From: Desulfobacterales bacterium
GTDB lineage: Bacteria > Desulfobacterota > Desulfobacteria > Desulfobacterales > G020354645
Direction of reading: 5' to 3'
DNA: 38,996 nt
Assembly (NCBI GenBank): GCA_050053515.1
Contig: JASFTQ010000006.1
Location: 1-38,996, forward strand
The translations under genes were made by a program, and so were the position numbers. Positions 20,184 through 30,455 of this stretch are shown here, in pieces. The notes beneath the pieces are model-generated. The model did no database searches. It saw only the letters and a list, made by a program, of their open reading frames with translations, and was not told the origin of the DNA. The stretch's first letter is position 1; each line of letters begins with the position of its first letter.

Positions 20184-21551
20184 ATGTACAGAAGAGTTTT
20201 TCTTTTAACTGTTATTGTTTTTGTTATTTTCGGATTTTCAGCAAGCATTGCAGAGGCTTCAGATGGACCGACTGCAAAGTCTATTGCAGTCGACACCATC
20301 GCACTCGATACAGGCTGGACTTTAATTGCCGCAGTTTTGGTAATGTTTATGCAGGCCGGATTTGCAATGCTCACGGCCGGGTTTTCTCGCTCTAAAAACG
20401 CTTGTAACATGTTGATGAAAAATCTTATGGACTTTTGCTTTGGTACTGTAACCTATTGGGCAATTGGCTTTGGCTTGATGTTTGGGGCGGGCAATCTTAT
20501 CTTCGGCAACAGTGGATTTTTCCTGATAGACTCGGGAAATACTTTTGCCTCTTTAAACTGGACCCAGGTCCCGTTGGAATGTAAATATTTCTTTCAACTG
20601 GTATTCTGTGCCACTGCTGCAACGATTGTGGCCGGGGCAATGGCAGAGCGGACAAAATTTATTGCATATATTTTTTACAGCATCATCATCACGGCTATCA
20701 TTTATCCCCTTGTAGGACACTGGATCTGGGGTGGAGGCTGGCTGGCGGCGATTGGCATGTGGGATTTTGCCGGATCAACCGTCGTGCACTCCACGGGAGG
20801 CTGGCTGGCCCTGGTGGGGGCCTTTATGCTTGGTCCCCGGACGGGCAAATATAATCGAGATGGCTCTTCAAACGCCATCACAGGGCATAGCATTCCGCTG
20901 GCAACCCTGGGTACCTTTATTCTGTGGTTCGGCTGGTTTGGATTTAACCCGGGAAGCACCATGGCTTTAGTATCGGACATTGCGCATATTGCTGCTACTA
21001 CCAATCTCGCCGGGGCAGCCGGTGGCATTTCTGCTATGATCACGTCTTGGTGGATGTTCAAAAAAGCCGATATCAGTATGGCTCTTAACGGTGTTCTCGG
21101 CGGACTGGTAAGCATTACCGCTTCTTGCGCCTTTGTTTCTGCCGGTAGTGCCATATGGATCGGTATCATTGGGGGTGTTCTCGTCGTTCTCGGGGTTGTA
21201 TTTATTGATCAAATTTTACATGTCGATGATCCTGTCGGTGCAATCACTGTCCACGGTATCTGTGGTTCATGGGGCACACTCGCGCTGGGGCTTTTTGCTC
21301 AGGATAAGTTTTCGCCGGGAACGACAGGAAACGGCATATTTTTTGGAGGAAGCTGGAAGCTCATCGGCGTTCAGGCCCTCGGTGTTATTTCTGTTTTTGC
21401 CTGGTGCTTGCTGGCAGGTATTATGATGTTCTTTGTCATCAAACATTTGGTGGGATTAAGGGTCCGCAGAGAGGAAGAGCTACGAGGTCTTGATATTGAT
21501 GAACACGGCATGGAGGCATACTCAGGATTTCAGGTTTTTACGACACAATGA
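20184..21551 (+). CDS. amtB: Ammonium transporter (Amt family) with a signal peptide.
   Basis: The N-terminal signal peptide is followed by 11 TM helices. Amt motifs include DFAGSTVVHSTGG and GSWGTLALG. Confidence 0.9.
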   Translation: MYRRVFLLTVIVFVIFGFSASIAEASDGPTAKSIAVDTIALDTGWTLIAAVLVMFMQAGFAMLTAGFSRSKNACNMLMKNLMDFCFGTVTYWAIGFGLMFGAGNLIFGNSGFFLIDSGNTFASLNWTQVPLECKYFFQLVFCATAATIVAGAMAERTKFIAYIFYSIIITAIIYPLVGHWIWGGGWLAAIGMWDFAGSTVVHSTGGWLALVGAFMLGPRTGKYNRDGSSNAITGHSIPLATLGTFILWFGWFGFNPGSTMALVSDIAHIAATTNLAGAAGGISAMITSWWMFKKADISMALNGVLGGLVSITASCAFVSAGSAIWIGIIGGVLVVLGVVFIDQILHVDDPVGAITVHGICGSWGTLALGLFAQDKFSPGTTGNGIFFGGSWKLIGVQALGVISVFAWCLLAGIMMFFVIKHLVGLRVRREEELRGLDIDEHGMEAYSGFQVFTTQ

Positions 21552-21727
21552 GAAATTGACCTAAAACAAATGGAAATATTTGGAATTTTATCAGATCGCC
21601 AACCAAATCGAACAAGAATGTTGCATCCGGGCTTGAAAGAATCTATTAGATACACTGTCAGTATTTTCATTTGACAAACAACTATTTTTAGGATTAGAGG
21701 ACCACCTCAGGTGAAACATCCAAATAA

Positions 21728-22111
<384 letters not shown>

Positions 22112-22133
22112 CTTTTGAAGGAGGACGTTAGGT

Positions 22134-23546
22134 ATGACACCCAAACAGGTTTTGGAGATGGCCAAGGAAAAAGGGGCAAAAGTCGTTGATTTGCGCTTTA
22201 TGGACTTTCCGGGAGTATGGCAACACTTCACCGTACCCGTCAGTGAGCTTGAAGAAGCAAGCTTTGAAGACGGATTCGGTTTTGACGGGTCGAGCATTCG
22301 CGGGTGGCAACCGATCCACGCCAGTGACATGCTGGTGGTTCCGGATGCCGCCACCGCAAAGATGGATCCGTTTTATCAAGAACCCAGCCTGGTGTTGATC
22401 GGCAACATCGTTGACCCGGTAACCCGGGAATCCTACACCCGGGATCCGCGCTTTATTGCCCAGAAGGCCGAGAATTATCTCAAAAGTTCCGGCATCGGTG
22501 AGATCGCGTATTTTGGACCGGAGGCCGAATTCTTCATTTTCGACGAAATCCGTTTTGAGTCCGCCCGGCATCGGGCATTTTATGAAATCGATTCCGTTGA
22601 AGGCACCTGGAATTCGGGGCGGGAAGAGTGCCCCAACCTCGGCTATAAACCGCGGCCCAAGGAAGGATACTTTCCGGTGCCGCCCATGGATAAATTCCAG
22701 GATATCAGAACGGAGATGCTGTTGACACTCGAGGACTTGGGAATTGAAATCGAGACCCAGCACCATGAAGTGGCTACCGCCGGTCAGGCTGAAATAGATA
22801 TGCGATTCAAACCGTTGCTGCAAATGGCCGATCAGCTGATGTGGTTCAAATACGTGCTAAAAAATGTTGCCTATAGTCATGGTTTCACCGTCACGTTCAT
22901 GCCGAAGCCGATTTTTGAAGATAACGGGACCGGCATGCACACCCATATCAGTATCTGGAAAGAAAACAAACCGTTGTTTGCCGGTGATAAATATGCCGGT
23001 GTCTCCCAGGAGGCCCTCTATGCCATTGGCGGTATTCTCAAGCATTGCAAAGCCCTGTGTGCTTTCACCAACCCGACCACCAATTCCTACAAACGGTTGG
23101 TTCCAGGCTTTGAAGCACCGGTTAATCTGGCATATTCCAGCCGAAACCGCAGTGCCGCCGTCCGCATTCCCATGTACTCGCCGTCGCCGAAAGCAAAACG
23201 GATTGAATTCAGAACACCGGATCCATCCTGCAACGGTTACTTGGCATTTTCAGCCATGCTGATGGCCGCCATTGACGGTATCCAAAATAAAATAGACCCG
23301 GGGGATCCGCTGGATAAAAACATTTATGATCTCCCGCCCGAAGAGCTGGCCGAAGTCGCATCGGCACCCGGCTCTTTGGAGGAGTCACTGGCGGCACTGC
23401 AAAAAAACCCGGAGTTTCTCTTGAAGGGTGAGGTGTTTACCCAGGATGCCATCGATATGTGGGTTGAATACAAAATCGAAAACGAGGTCAATCCGATCAA
23501 GTTGCGGCCCCATCCCCATGAGTTCTACCTGTATTTCGACATTTAG
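22134..23546 (+). CDS. glnA: Glutamine synthetase, type I-beta (470 aa), with an adenylylation site.
   Basis: GS motifs are present, and the adenylylation loop [11 protein letters not shown] carries the target Tyr. This fits the presence of glnE. Confidence 0.9.
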   Translation: MTPKQVLEMAKEKGAKVVDLRFMDFPGVWQHFTVPVSELEEASFEDGFGFDGSSIRGWQPIHASDMLVVPDAATAKMDPFYQEPSLVLIGNIVDPVTRESYTRDPRFIAQKAENYLKSSGIGEIAYFGPEAEFFIFDEIRFESARHRAFYEIDSVEGTWNSGREECPNLGYKPRPKEGYFPVPPMDKFQDIRTEMLLTLEDLGIEIETQHHEVATAGQAEIDMRFKPLLQMADQLMWFKYVLKNVAYSHGFTVTFMPKPIFEDNGTGMHTHISIWKENKPLFAGDKYAGVSQEALYAIGGILKHCKALCAFTNPTTNSYKRLVPGFEAPVNLAYSSRNRSAAVRIPMYSPSPKAKRIEFRTPDPSCNGYLAFSAMLMAAIDGIQNKIDPGDPLDKNIYDLPPEELAEVASAPGSLEESLAALQKNPEFLLKGEVFTQDAIDMWVEYKIENEVNPIKLRPHPHEFYLYFDI

Positions 23547-25075
23547 CGGTAGTGGCGGTAATCTACCCCATACCTCTGGGCCTTGTAAGCAAAAATCCTG
23601 ATGGTGGTTTGTAAAATTTTGGCAGCCCGGGAGATATTGCCCCTCGTATTTTTGAGGGCGTCGATAATCATTTCCCGTTCCAGATTGGCCACCGCATCCT
23701 CCAGGGAAAAAGCCGGCAAGGTATCCGATTCCACACCGGTCTGGAGGGTGGGGGGCAGATGATAGCTGTGGATCACCCCTTCTTCGCACAGCAGTACCGC
23801 CCGTTCGATGCAGTTTTCAAGCTCTCTGACATTTCCCGGCCAGTGATATTGTATCAGCATATCAATGGCCGGTGTTGAAAATCGGCGGATGTCCTTGTGG
23901 TTCTCTTTAGCGTATCGTTCCAGAAAATGATCCGCCAACAGTAAAATATCTGTCTTGCGTTCTCTCAGAGGCGGCATGTAAATCGGAAATACGTTCAACC
24001 GGTAATACAGGTCCCCCCTGAAGCTTTCCGCTCCGACCGCTTGCTCCAGATTTTTGTTGGTTGCCGCAATGATACGGACATCTGTTTTGATCGTTTGATT
24101 TCCGCCGACGCGTTCGAACTCTTTTTCCTGTAAAATACGCAATAGGTTGACCTGAACGTCCAACCCAAGAGACCCTATTTCATCTAAAAAAATCGTTCCT
24201 TTGTGGGCCCGTTCGAATTTTCCCGTCTTTCGTTTGATGGCACCGGTAAAAGCGCCTTTTTCGTGCCCGAACAATTCGCTTTCAATCAGATTAACCGGCA
24301 ACGCGGCACAATTGACTTTGACAAAAGCATTTTGCGCCCTGTGACTGTTGTAATGGATGGAATGCGCGGCCAATTCTTTGCCGGTCCCGCTTTCCCCGCG
24401 AATAAGTACGGTGGTATTGCTTTTGGAAACCTGAGAAATCATTTGAAAGACTTCCCGCATCTTATTGCTGTTACCAATAATATTGGTGACACGGTATTTG
24501 TTTTCCAGTTCCTTGCGGAGTCTGCGATTCTCATCCCGCAATTTCTCCTTTTCCAGACGGATGGTTTCAAGATTGATGACATGGCGGGCAACCATGGTTG
24601 CCACAACCGAGAGAAGTTTTTGTCCGTTCTTGAGGTTGTAAGATTCATCATAAGGTCGATCCACGCTCAGGGCTCCGATCACCTGGCGGCCTTTTTTAAT
24701 GGGCACACAAATAAAAGAAAGCTCCTGAAAGGCTTGGGTCTTTCTGGTGGCCGTGCGGTCCAGAAACAGGGGTTCCTCACTGATGCGCGGTACGGCCACC
24801 CCTTTGCCGGACTGTATGACCCGACCGGTAATTCCCTCCCCCAGTTTATATTTCACTCTGGCCATGGCACTTTGCGGCAACCCATGGGCAACTATTATGC
24901 TGATCTCGTTGCGCAACGGATCTAGAATGGTTACGGTGCCGCGCACCATATTCAAGGTGCTGGACAGGATGTCTAAAACCTTATATAAAGATTTCTTCAG
25001 GTCCAGATGCTCGTTTAGCGCTTCACTGATTTCGTAAAGGAAGGTGACTTCCTCGATGGATTTGAGCGGACTCAT
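23543..25075 (-). CDS. Sigma-54-dependent transcriptional activator of the NifA type (GAF - AAA+ - Fis HTH), with no receiver domain.
   Basis: An N-terminal GAF domain is followed by Walker A GESGTGKE and the GAFTGA sigma-54 contact motif. A C-terminal Fis-type HTH is present. Its stop codon overlaps the glnA stop in convergent orientation. Confidence 0.85.
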   Translation of the reverse strand: MSPLKSIEEVTFLYEISEALNEHLDLKKSLYKVLDILSSTLNMVRGTVTILDPLRNEISIIVAHGLPQSAMARVKYKLGEGITGRVIQSGKGVAVPRISEEPLFLDRTATRKTQAFQELSFICVPIKKGRQVIGALSVDRPYDESYNLKNGQKLLSVVATMVARHVINLETIRLEKEKLRDENRRLRKELENKYRVTNIIGNSNKMREVFQMISQVSKSNTTVLIRGESGTGKELAAHSIHYNSHRAQNAFVKVNCAALPVNLIESELFGHEKGAFTGAIKRKTGKFERAHKGTIFLDEIGSLGLDVQVNLLRILQEKEFERVGGNQTIKTDVRIIAATNKNLEQAVGAESFRGDLYYRLNVFPIYMPPLRERKTDILLLADHFLERYAKENHKDIRRFSTPAIDMLIQYHWPGNVRELENCIERAVLLCEEGVIHSYHLPPTLQTGVESDTLPAFSLEDAVANLEREMIIDALKNTRGNISRAAKILQTTIRIFAYKAQRYGVDYRHYR

Positions 25076-25122
25076 TTTTTACCGGTTCACCAGTGTCTTT
25101 TTCAAATTTGGAATGTTTTTTA

Positions 25123-25453
25123 AATGAGGGATCGGGGTATTTTTTTCACGGCAAGATGCCGGGTTGTTGCCTGCCAAGCCTGACAGCGGCAACTGCCCTG
25201 CATTTTACTGCCGGTTATTTAAAACGTTCACTCCAACAAGAACCGGCCGGCTTGCTTCCCTGTAAGCCCTGCCTTTTAATGAGGGGTGAAGGGAAGCTAT
25301 TCTAAACAGAGAGTTTCCTTTCCGGGAAGACCCGCCCTTTAGGGCGGGTAGCTTCACACCGTGTTTTGCCTTTCTCGGCGGCAATAGCCCTCTGCCGATC
25401 GGAAGTGCAGGGGCGATCAGCTTGTCGTGAAAAAAATACCCCGACCCTTCATT
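25123..25453. mobile_element. MITE-like non-autonomous element (331 bp) with 27-bp terminal inverted repeats and a TA target-site duplication.
   Basis: Left TIR AATGAGGGATCGGGGTATTTTTTTCAC (25123-25149). Right TIR GTGAAAAAAATACCCCGACCCTTCATT (25427-25453), with 25 of 27 positions complementary. TA lies at 25121-22 and 25454-55. The interior is GC-rich, hairpin-dense and non-coding, and its modules recur at four other loci. Confidence 0.5.
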
Positions 25454-25463
25454 TACACAATTA

Positions 25464-25475
25464 TACAAATTTGTA
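25464..25475. promoter_or_regulatory. Perfect palindrome TACAAATTTGTA upstream of dinB. The 15-mer ATACAAATTTGTAAT is identical to the one at 16824-16838.
   Basis: Exact 15-bp identity with the candidate UAS of the sigma-54 operon. It lies about 95 bp upstream of the dinB start and immediately next to the MITE end. Confidence 0.3.
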
Positions 25476-25568
25476 ATAAATACCATTTTGCTGCTAAAAT
25501 CAAGTCATTAATGTCCGAGACGGTTTTGCAGGCGCCCAACAATCAAAATAATAAATTGGTTTTATCCC

Positions 25569-26738
25569 ATGATTCTCCACATTGACATGGATGCTTTTTA
25601 TGCCTCCGTCGAGCAATTGGACAATCCCGATTTGAGAGGCAAATGCGTCATTGTGGGCGGTAGCGCCGCCCGCGGTGTCGTTTCGGCCGCCAGTTATGAG
25701 GCCAGAAAATATGGGGTGCATTCGGCCATGCCTATTTTTCAAGCCAAACAGAAGTGCCCCAAGGGCGTTTTTGTCCGGCCCAGATTTGAGCGATACAAGG
25801 AAGTTTCACGACAGATCATGTCCCTGCTGCAGGAATTCACGCCTTTGGTTGAACCGGTCTCCATCGATGAAGCTTATATGGACATTCGCGGCTGTGACAA
25901 ACTTCACGGATCTCCTGAAGAAATCGGCGCCTTGATAAAGAAAATAGTAAAACAAACCGCGGATTTGACCTGTTCGGTGGGCATCGCTCCCAATAAATTT
26001 TTAGCCAAGATTGCATCCGACATGGATAAACCGGATGGTTTGGTGGTTATTTTACCGGAACATGTCCAACAATTCATCGATGAACTGCCCATTCAAAAGG
26101 TACCCGGTGTGGGCCATAAAACAGCCCAGCAACTCAAGTTGCTGGGCATCCGGACCCTGGGTGATATGAAAAAATATCCGGAGGAGTTGATACAGAGCCG
26201 GCTCGGCAAAAACGGTAAAAGGCTTTTGGAACTTGCAGACGGCATTGATGATACACCGGTTACACCGTCTTCTCCACATAAATCAGTTAGCTCGGAGAGC
26301 ACCCTGTCTCAAGATACCCGAAACACGGAACTGCTCAATACCCTTATTTTGAGGCATTCCGAAGATGTAGCCAAACAATTGAGAAAAATGGGCCTGCGCG
26401 CAAAAACAGTCACCTTGAAATTAAAACATGCTGATTTTAAACAAGTCACGCGCAGCACGACTTTGACGGTGCCGCTGCAATCCTCGGATAAAATATATTT
26501 TGCAGCTTCACGGTTGTTGGCCGACTATCCTCTAAAAAAGCAGGTGCGGTTAATCGGGGTAGGCGTGACCGGTCTGGTTCCGGCGAATTTACCGCTGCAA
26601 TTGAATCTTTTTGAAGAGATTAAAATTAAGGGGGACCACTGGGAAAAAGTAGACCGTGCCCTGGATACCATCACTCAGAAGTTTGGCAAAAATGCCATCA
26701 AGCGTGCCAGCCTGCGTAAAAAGAACCACACCCCGTAG
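25569..26738 (+). CDS. dinB: DNA polymerase IV (Y-family translesion polymerase).
   Basis: MILHIDMDAFYASVEQ... with a typical DinB palm and little-finger organisation. Confidence 0.9.
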   Translation: MILHIDMDAFYASVEQLDNPDLRGKCVIVGGSAARGVVSAASYEARKYGVHSAMPIFQAKQKCPKGVFVRPRFERYKEVSRQIMSLLQEFTPLVEPVSIDEAYMDIRGCDKLHGSPEEIGALIKKIVKQTADLTCSVGIAPNKFLAKIASDMDKPDGLVVILPEHVQQFIDELPIQKVPGVGHKTAQQLKLLGIRTLGDMKKYPEELIQSRLGKNGKRLLELADGIDDTPVTPSSPHKSVSSESTLSQDTRNTELLNTLILRHSEDVAKQLRKMGLRAKTVTLKLKHADFKQVTRSTTLTVPLQSSDKIYFAASRLLADYPLKKQVRLIGVGVTGLVPANLPLQLNLFEEIKIKGDHWEKVDRALDTITQKFGKNAIKRASLRKKNHTP

Positions 26739-26914
26739 CAGAAGCAGCTCGTTCTAATAAGCGGGGCTTGCCGGTAGGAAAAAGGCCTAATTCAGTTTTG
26801 AGCCACCGCTTTTAAGGCACTTTACGGCACGGTTTGCACGGTTGTGATACGCGGCATTTTCCCTTTTTTAACGGGCTGCTGGCCAAATTCCTTTGAGCGG
26901 TCATTATAGCGGAT

Positions 26915-26990
26915 GTAAAGCTCCCCGCCCCAAGGGGCGGGGATGCTGCCGTTCGGCAGTGCTTCGCAGCCCGGAAAGGAAGATATCTTT
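26915..26990. repeat. Partial copy, in reverse orientation, of the interspersed hairpin repeat family.
   Basis: CTCCCCGCCCCAAGGGGCGGGGA-TGCTGCCGTTCGGCAGTGCTTCGCAGCCCGGAAAGGAAGAT is near-identical to 31457-31520 and reverse-complementary to 30340-30400. Confidence 0.45.
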
Positions 26991-26997
26991 TTAAACT

Positions 26998-27450
26998 CTA
27001 ACACGCGCATTTTTCAAACTTTAGACAGTTCTTGCAGGTTCCGTCGAAGCAAACTTCCACGCCATCAATCATTCCCGGAAATGTAAGGGTGAGCGGCGCC
27101 ATATCCAGTGTCAGGCTTTCCGGGCTCAAGCACTCCATATGGCCACAGCGTTTGCAATAAAAATGGGGGTGGGGCTGATGATGCCGGTTTGGTGCCAGGC
27201 CATAATGAAACGAGCGTCCGCCGCCACTGAGTCGTTTTACAATTCCCTTTTTTACCAAAAGATCCAGGATTCGGTAGACCGTAACCCGGTTTATGTTAAT
27301 GTTGCGCGTGAGCGTTTCAAATATTTGCCGAGTGTTTAAGGGGCGATTATTGTTTCCGACAACTTCAAGTATTTTAATCCTATGGGGGGTTGGCGCTAAA
27401 CCTGCCTGGCTGAGTAGCTGCGTATAATCACATCGATGACACATAATCAT
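26998..27450 (-). CDS. zur: Fur-family metalloregulator, probably Zur (zinc uptake regulator).
   Basis: Fur-family winged helix plus the HHQPHPHFYCKRCG metal-site motif. It is the last gene of the znu operon, with a 4-nt overlap onto znuB. Confidence 0.7.
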   Translation of the reverse strand: MIMCHRCDYTQLLSQAGLAPTPHRIKILEVVGNNNRPLNTRQIFETLTRNININRVTVYRILDLLVKKGIVKRLSGGGRSFHYGLAPNRHHQPHPHFYCKRCGHMECLSPESLTLDMAPLTLTFPGMIDGVEVCFDGTCKNCLKFEKCAC

Positions 27451-28325
27451 ATTCTTTCCGTCTTGTCTCGGGGTGTTCTGTCTTCAGGATTTACCTGAGC
27501 GAAATAGGCGCGGCGGGTGATGTAGTTTTCAAGCACCACGGCCATAAGAAACGCCGTTCCGGCGACGAGTATTATCGAGGCTCCGGAAGTCAAATTAAAA
27601 GCATAGGACAGCCAAAGACCGGTTAAGGTAAAAACCATGCTCAACAGGCAGGAAGAAATCATCATTTTAAACAACGATGTTGAGAATTTTTCGGCAATGA
27701 AGGGTGGGATGGTTAAAAGTGCAATCACCAGAATCAATCCGACCACTCTTATGATCAGCACAATGGACACCGCCAGCTGGCCAATGAGAAAAAAGTACAA
27801 TAGTTTTACCCGAACACCTCTTATCTGGGCAAACTCTTCATCATAAGATATTGCCAGATAATCGTTATAAAAGTAAGTCACCGTGCAAATAATCACGATC
27901 CCTACGACCAGCATCATCCACAGATCAGTATCCGGCACGCTCAGGAGACTGCCGAACAGATAACTCATCAAATCGACATTATAGCCCGGTGTTAAATCGA
28001 TGAGGATAATTCCCAGGGCCATGCCGACCGCCCAGAGCACCCCGATAATGGTATCGGCCCGATGCCTGGCTGTTAAGGTGACGGTTGCCATTACCATTGC
28101 AGCTAACAGAGAAAAGCCGATGGTGCCCAGCAGATATGGCCAACCGAAGAAAAATGCAAGTCCAATGCCGCCATAAGCAGCATGAGCAATACCTCCGGAC
28201 AGAAAGACAATTCGGTTGACGACGACCAGGGTTCCCATAACACCGCAGATAATGGCGGCCAGCAATCCGGCAGCAATTGCATTTTGCATAAATTCGTATT
28301 GAAAAGCCTGCAGCATATCAATCAT
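27447..28325 (-). CDS. znuB: Metal (Zn/Mn) ABC transporter permease, ABC-3 family.
   Basis: 292 aa with about 8 TM helices and a ZnuB/MntB-like sequence. Confidence 0.8.
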   Translation of the reverse strand: MIDMLQAFQYEFMQNAIAAGLLAAIICGVMGTLVVVNRIVFLSGGIAHAAYGGIGLAFFFGWPYLLGTIGFSLLAAMVMATVTLTARHRADTIIGVLWAVGMALGIILIDLTPGYNVDLMSYLFGSLLSVPDTDLWMMLVVGIVIICTVTYFYNDYLAISYDEEFAQIRGVRVKLLYFFLIGQLAVSIVLIIRVVGLILVIALLTIPPFIAEKFSTSLFKMMISSCLLSMVFTLTGLWLSYAFNLTSGASIILVAGTAFLMAVVLENYITRRAYFAQVNPEDRTPRDKTERI

Positions 28326-29097
28326 CCTCGTGGTTCATCAGGACCCGATGCGGCAACCCATGAGCAATGAGCTCGACGGGGCAGGTCTCTTCCACCGAGC
28401 AGTGATACATCGTTTCAATCATTTCCCCGGTAACCTCTGCCTGGTTATGATAGTGCAGATGTTGATTGACACAGGCAACTGATTTCACGTATCCGGAAAG
28501 CACCATCAGATCGTGGCTGACGATGACGATGGTGATGGTCTCGTTGAGTTGCTTTAAAAGATTATAAAACCCTCTCTGCCCTTTCGTGTCGATGCTGGCG
28601 GTGGGTTCATCTAAAAAAAGAATTTCCGGTTCGGTAACCAGTGCACGGGCAATTAAAACCCTTTGGATCTGTCCCCCGGAAAGCTCACCGATGCGACGCT
28701 CACAAAACTCGCCCATTTCCAGTTTGTCCAGTGCTTCACGGGCATGGATCCGATCCTGACGTGAGTATCGGGACCAACCCCTGCCGGGCTTGAGTTTTCC
28801 CATAAGAACCACATCAAGTGCTGAAATGGGAAATTGCATGTTGATATGAACATCTTGAGGGACATATCCGATGCGATGAGAGGCCTCCGATGGGGTGGCG
28901 GCAAAAATACGAATGCTGCCCTGCGTTGGTTTAAGTAATCCCAACATAAGCCTTAAGAGTGTGGTTTTTCCTCCCCCGTTGGGTCCGATCATGGCCAAAA
29001 AATCACCTTTTTGGACGTCCAGATTAACATCTTCCAGGATCGGGTACTCGTTAAAGGAAAAGCAGAGATTGCGGATGTCAATGATGATATCATTCAT
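28318..29097 (-). CDS. znuC: Metal ABC transporter ATP-binding protein.
   Basis: Walker A GPNGGGKTT, signature LSGGQIQR and Walker B LFLDEPT. Confidence 0.85.
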   Translation of the reverse strand: MNDIIIDIRNLCFSFNEYPILEDVNLDVQKGDFLAMIGPNGGGKTTLLRLMLGLLKPTQGSIRIFAATPSEASHRIGYVPQDVHINMQFPISALDVVLMGKLKPGRGWSRYSRQDRIHAREALDKLEMGEFCERRIGELSGGQIQRVLIARALVTEPEILFLDEPTASIDTKGQRGFYNLLKQLNETITIVIVSHDLMVLSGYVKSVACVNQHLHYHNQAEVTGEMIETMYHCSVEETCPVELIAHGLPHRVLMNHEDD

Positions 29098-30056
29098 GGC
29101 ATGGCCTTTTTCATGGCATTCTTGAATTTCCTCGCTTGGTGGCGAAGGTTAACCGCCCAATCCTCTGCAAGAGGATCTGCAAAAACGATTTCGGCGCCGA
29201 TGGCCTTGGCAATCATTGCAGCGCTTTTCGTTGAAAATTGGGGTTGAACAAAAACCACCCTGATATTCCTGCGTCGGGCATATTCGATAATCTCTGTTAA
29301 TTGTGCCGGCTTGGGATCTTTTCCTTCGGCTTCGACAGGCAACTGTTGCAAACCGTAGGCTTGGGCAAAGTATCCCCATGACGGGTGAAACACCAGAAAT
29401 TTAAGCCCCTGATGGCCGACAAATGTGTTTCTGAGTTCGGCATCCAGGTCCACAAGTTCTAAAATAAACCCTTTATAGTTGGCTTCATAATCGGTGCGAT
29501 GGGCCGGGTCGACCGCTTGAAGCGCTGTCAGAATCCTGCGCACCTGGATCATTACCAACGGCGGAGACAACCAAATGTGAGGATCGGGTTCGCCGTGTCT
29601 GTGGTCGGCTTCGAAACGACCTAGCTCGCTTCCGGCGTGATGTTGGCCCATCTCATGTTGTCCGAAAGCTTCGGGATGGATCCCCTCTGCGGGCTGTTCT
29701 TTTTTACCGTAAAGATGCTGGACGGTCATGGGAATCTTGGTGATTCCGTCGTCGGTGCGCACCACCTTCATTTTCGGGTTAGTGGCAGCTATCTTTGGCA
29801 GCCATACTTTTTCGAAAGGAACTCCAATGGCGTAATAGATTTTGGCTTTCGACAGGCTCACCATCTGTTTGGGTTTGGGCTCATAAGTTGCCGGACTGGC
29901 ACCGGGTTCGACCAGAACGGATACGTCCACCAGATCCCCGCCAATCTTCTGGACAAAATACTTTTGCGGAAGGATGCTGACGAACACAGAGACTTTGTCA
30001 ACTGCCCGGGCAAGGGAAAGCCAACCGGTTAAAAGAAAACCGATTGAAGCGGTCAT
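29094..30056 (-). CDS. znuA: Periplasmic metal-binding protein with a His-rich loop (zinc-specific ZnuA type).
   Basis: TroA-like fold. The loop HPEAFGQHEMGQHHAGSELGRFEADHRHGEPDPHIW is His/acidic-rich, as in Zn-specific ZnuA. Confidence 0.8.
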   Translation of the reverse strand: MTASIGFLLTGWLSLARAVDKVSVFVSILPQKYFVQKIGGDLVDVSVLVEPGASPATYEPKPKQMVSLSKAKIYYAIGVPFEKVWLPKIAATNPKMKVVRTDDGITKIPMTVQHLYGKKEQPAEGIHPEAFGQHEMGQHHAGSELGRFEADHRHGEPDPHIWLSPPLVMIQVRRILTALQAVDPAHRTDYEANYKGFILELVDLDAELRNTFVGHQGLKFLVFHPSWGYFAQAYGLQQLPVEAEGKDPKPAQLTEIIEYARRRNIRVVFVQPQFSTKSAAMIAKAIGAEIVFADPLAEDWAVNLRHQARKFKNAMKKAMP

Positions 30057-30206
30057 GATTACAATTCTCGGTCTTATTTTTAACCTCCGGTCAGCAAATA
30101 AGTTACATCTTTAAAGACAATTCGATATAAACACATATAATTTAAAAATATTTGAAATTTTAACTTAATCCTGATTCAAAGGGTATTTATGGGCTTAACC
30201 AAATAT

Positions 30207-30223
30207 ATGCAAATTAATTGCAT
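30207..30223. promoter_or_regulatory. Candidate Zur operator, the palindrome ATGCAAATTAATTGCAT.
   Basis: 17-bp inverted repeat, 7/8 arm positions complementary. It lies about 150 bp upstream of the znuA start in the operon's only upstream intergenic region. Confidence 0.3.
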
Positions 30224-30234
30224 GGATGTCAAGA

Positions 30235-30428
30235 ATGAACCACGAGGTGCTGTCGCCCTAGTGGCCGTGGCGCATTTGTGACCGGTTCGCTTCCCTGCAA
30301 GTCCCGCCTTTCAATGCGAGGGTTAAGGAAATCTATCTGAAACAGATATCCTCCTTTCCGGGCTGCGAAGCACTGCCGAACGGCAGAACTTTCCTCTTTT
30401 AGGACGGGGGGCTTCACAAAAATTTACC
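30235..30428. repeat. Degenerate copy of the hairpin/MITE repeat family, carrying a right-TIR-like end (...CACCTCTTCATT).
   Basis: The run CCGGTTCGCTTCCCTGCAAGTCCCGCCTTTCAATGCGAGGG...TCCTTTCCGGG parallels 25250-25330. CTGCGAAGCACTGCCGAACGGCAG is the reverse complement of a module at 26943 and 31483. It abuts the truncated ABC ATPase. Confidence 0.45.
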
Positions 30429-30455
30429 GCCGGCCCGCACCTCTTCATTATTGGT

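Noticed and set aside
25093-25486. Two ORFs on opposite strands (25093-25305 plus strand, 25205-25486 minus strand) that both encode ...NEGSGYFFH...
   Set aside because: The identical peptide on both strands is produced by the terminal inverted repeats of the MITE. The interior is repeat sequence, not coding.
26822-27010. 62-aa minus-strand ORF between dinB and zur
   Set aside because: It overlaps the repeat-family copy and the zur 3' end, and has no RBS.
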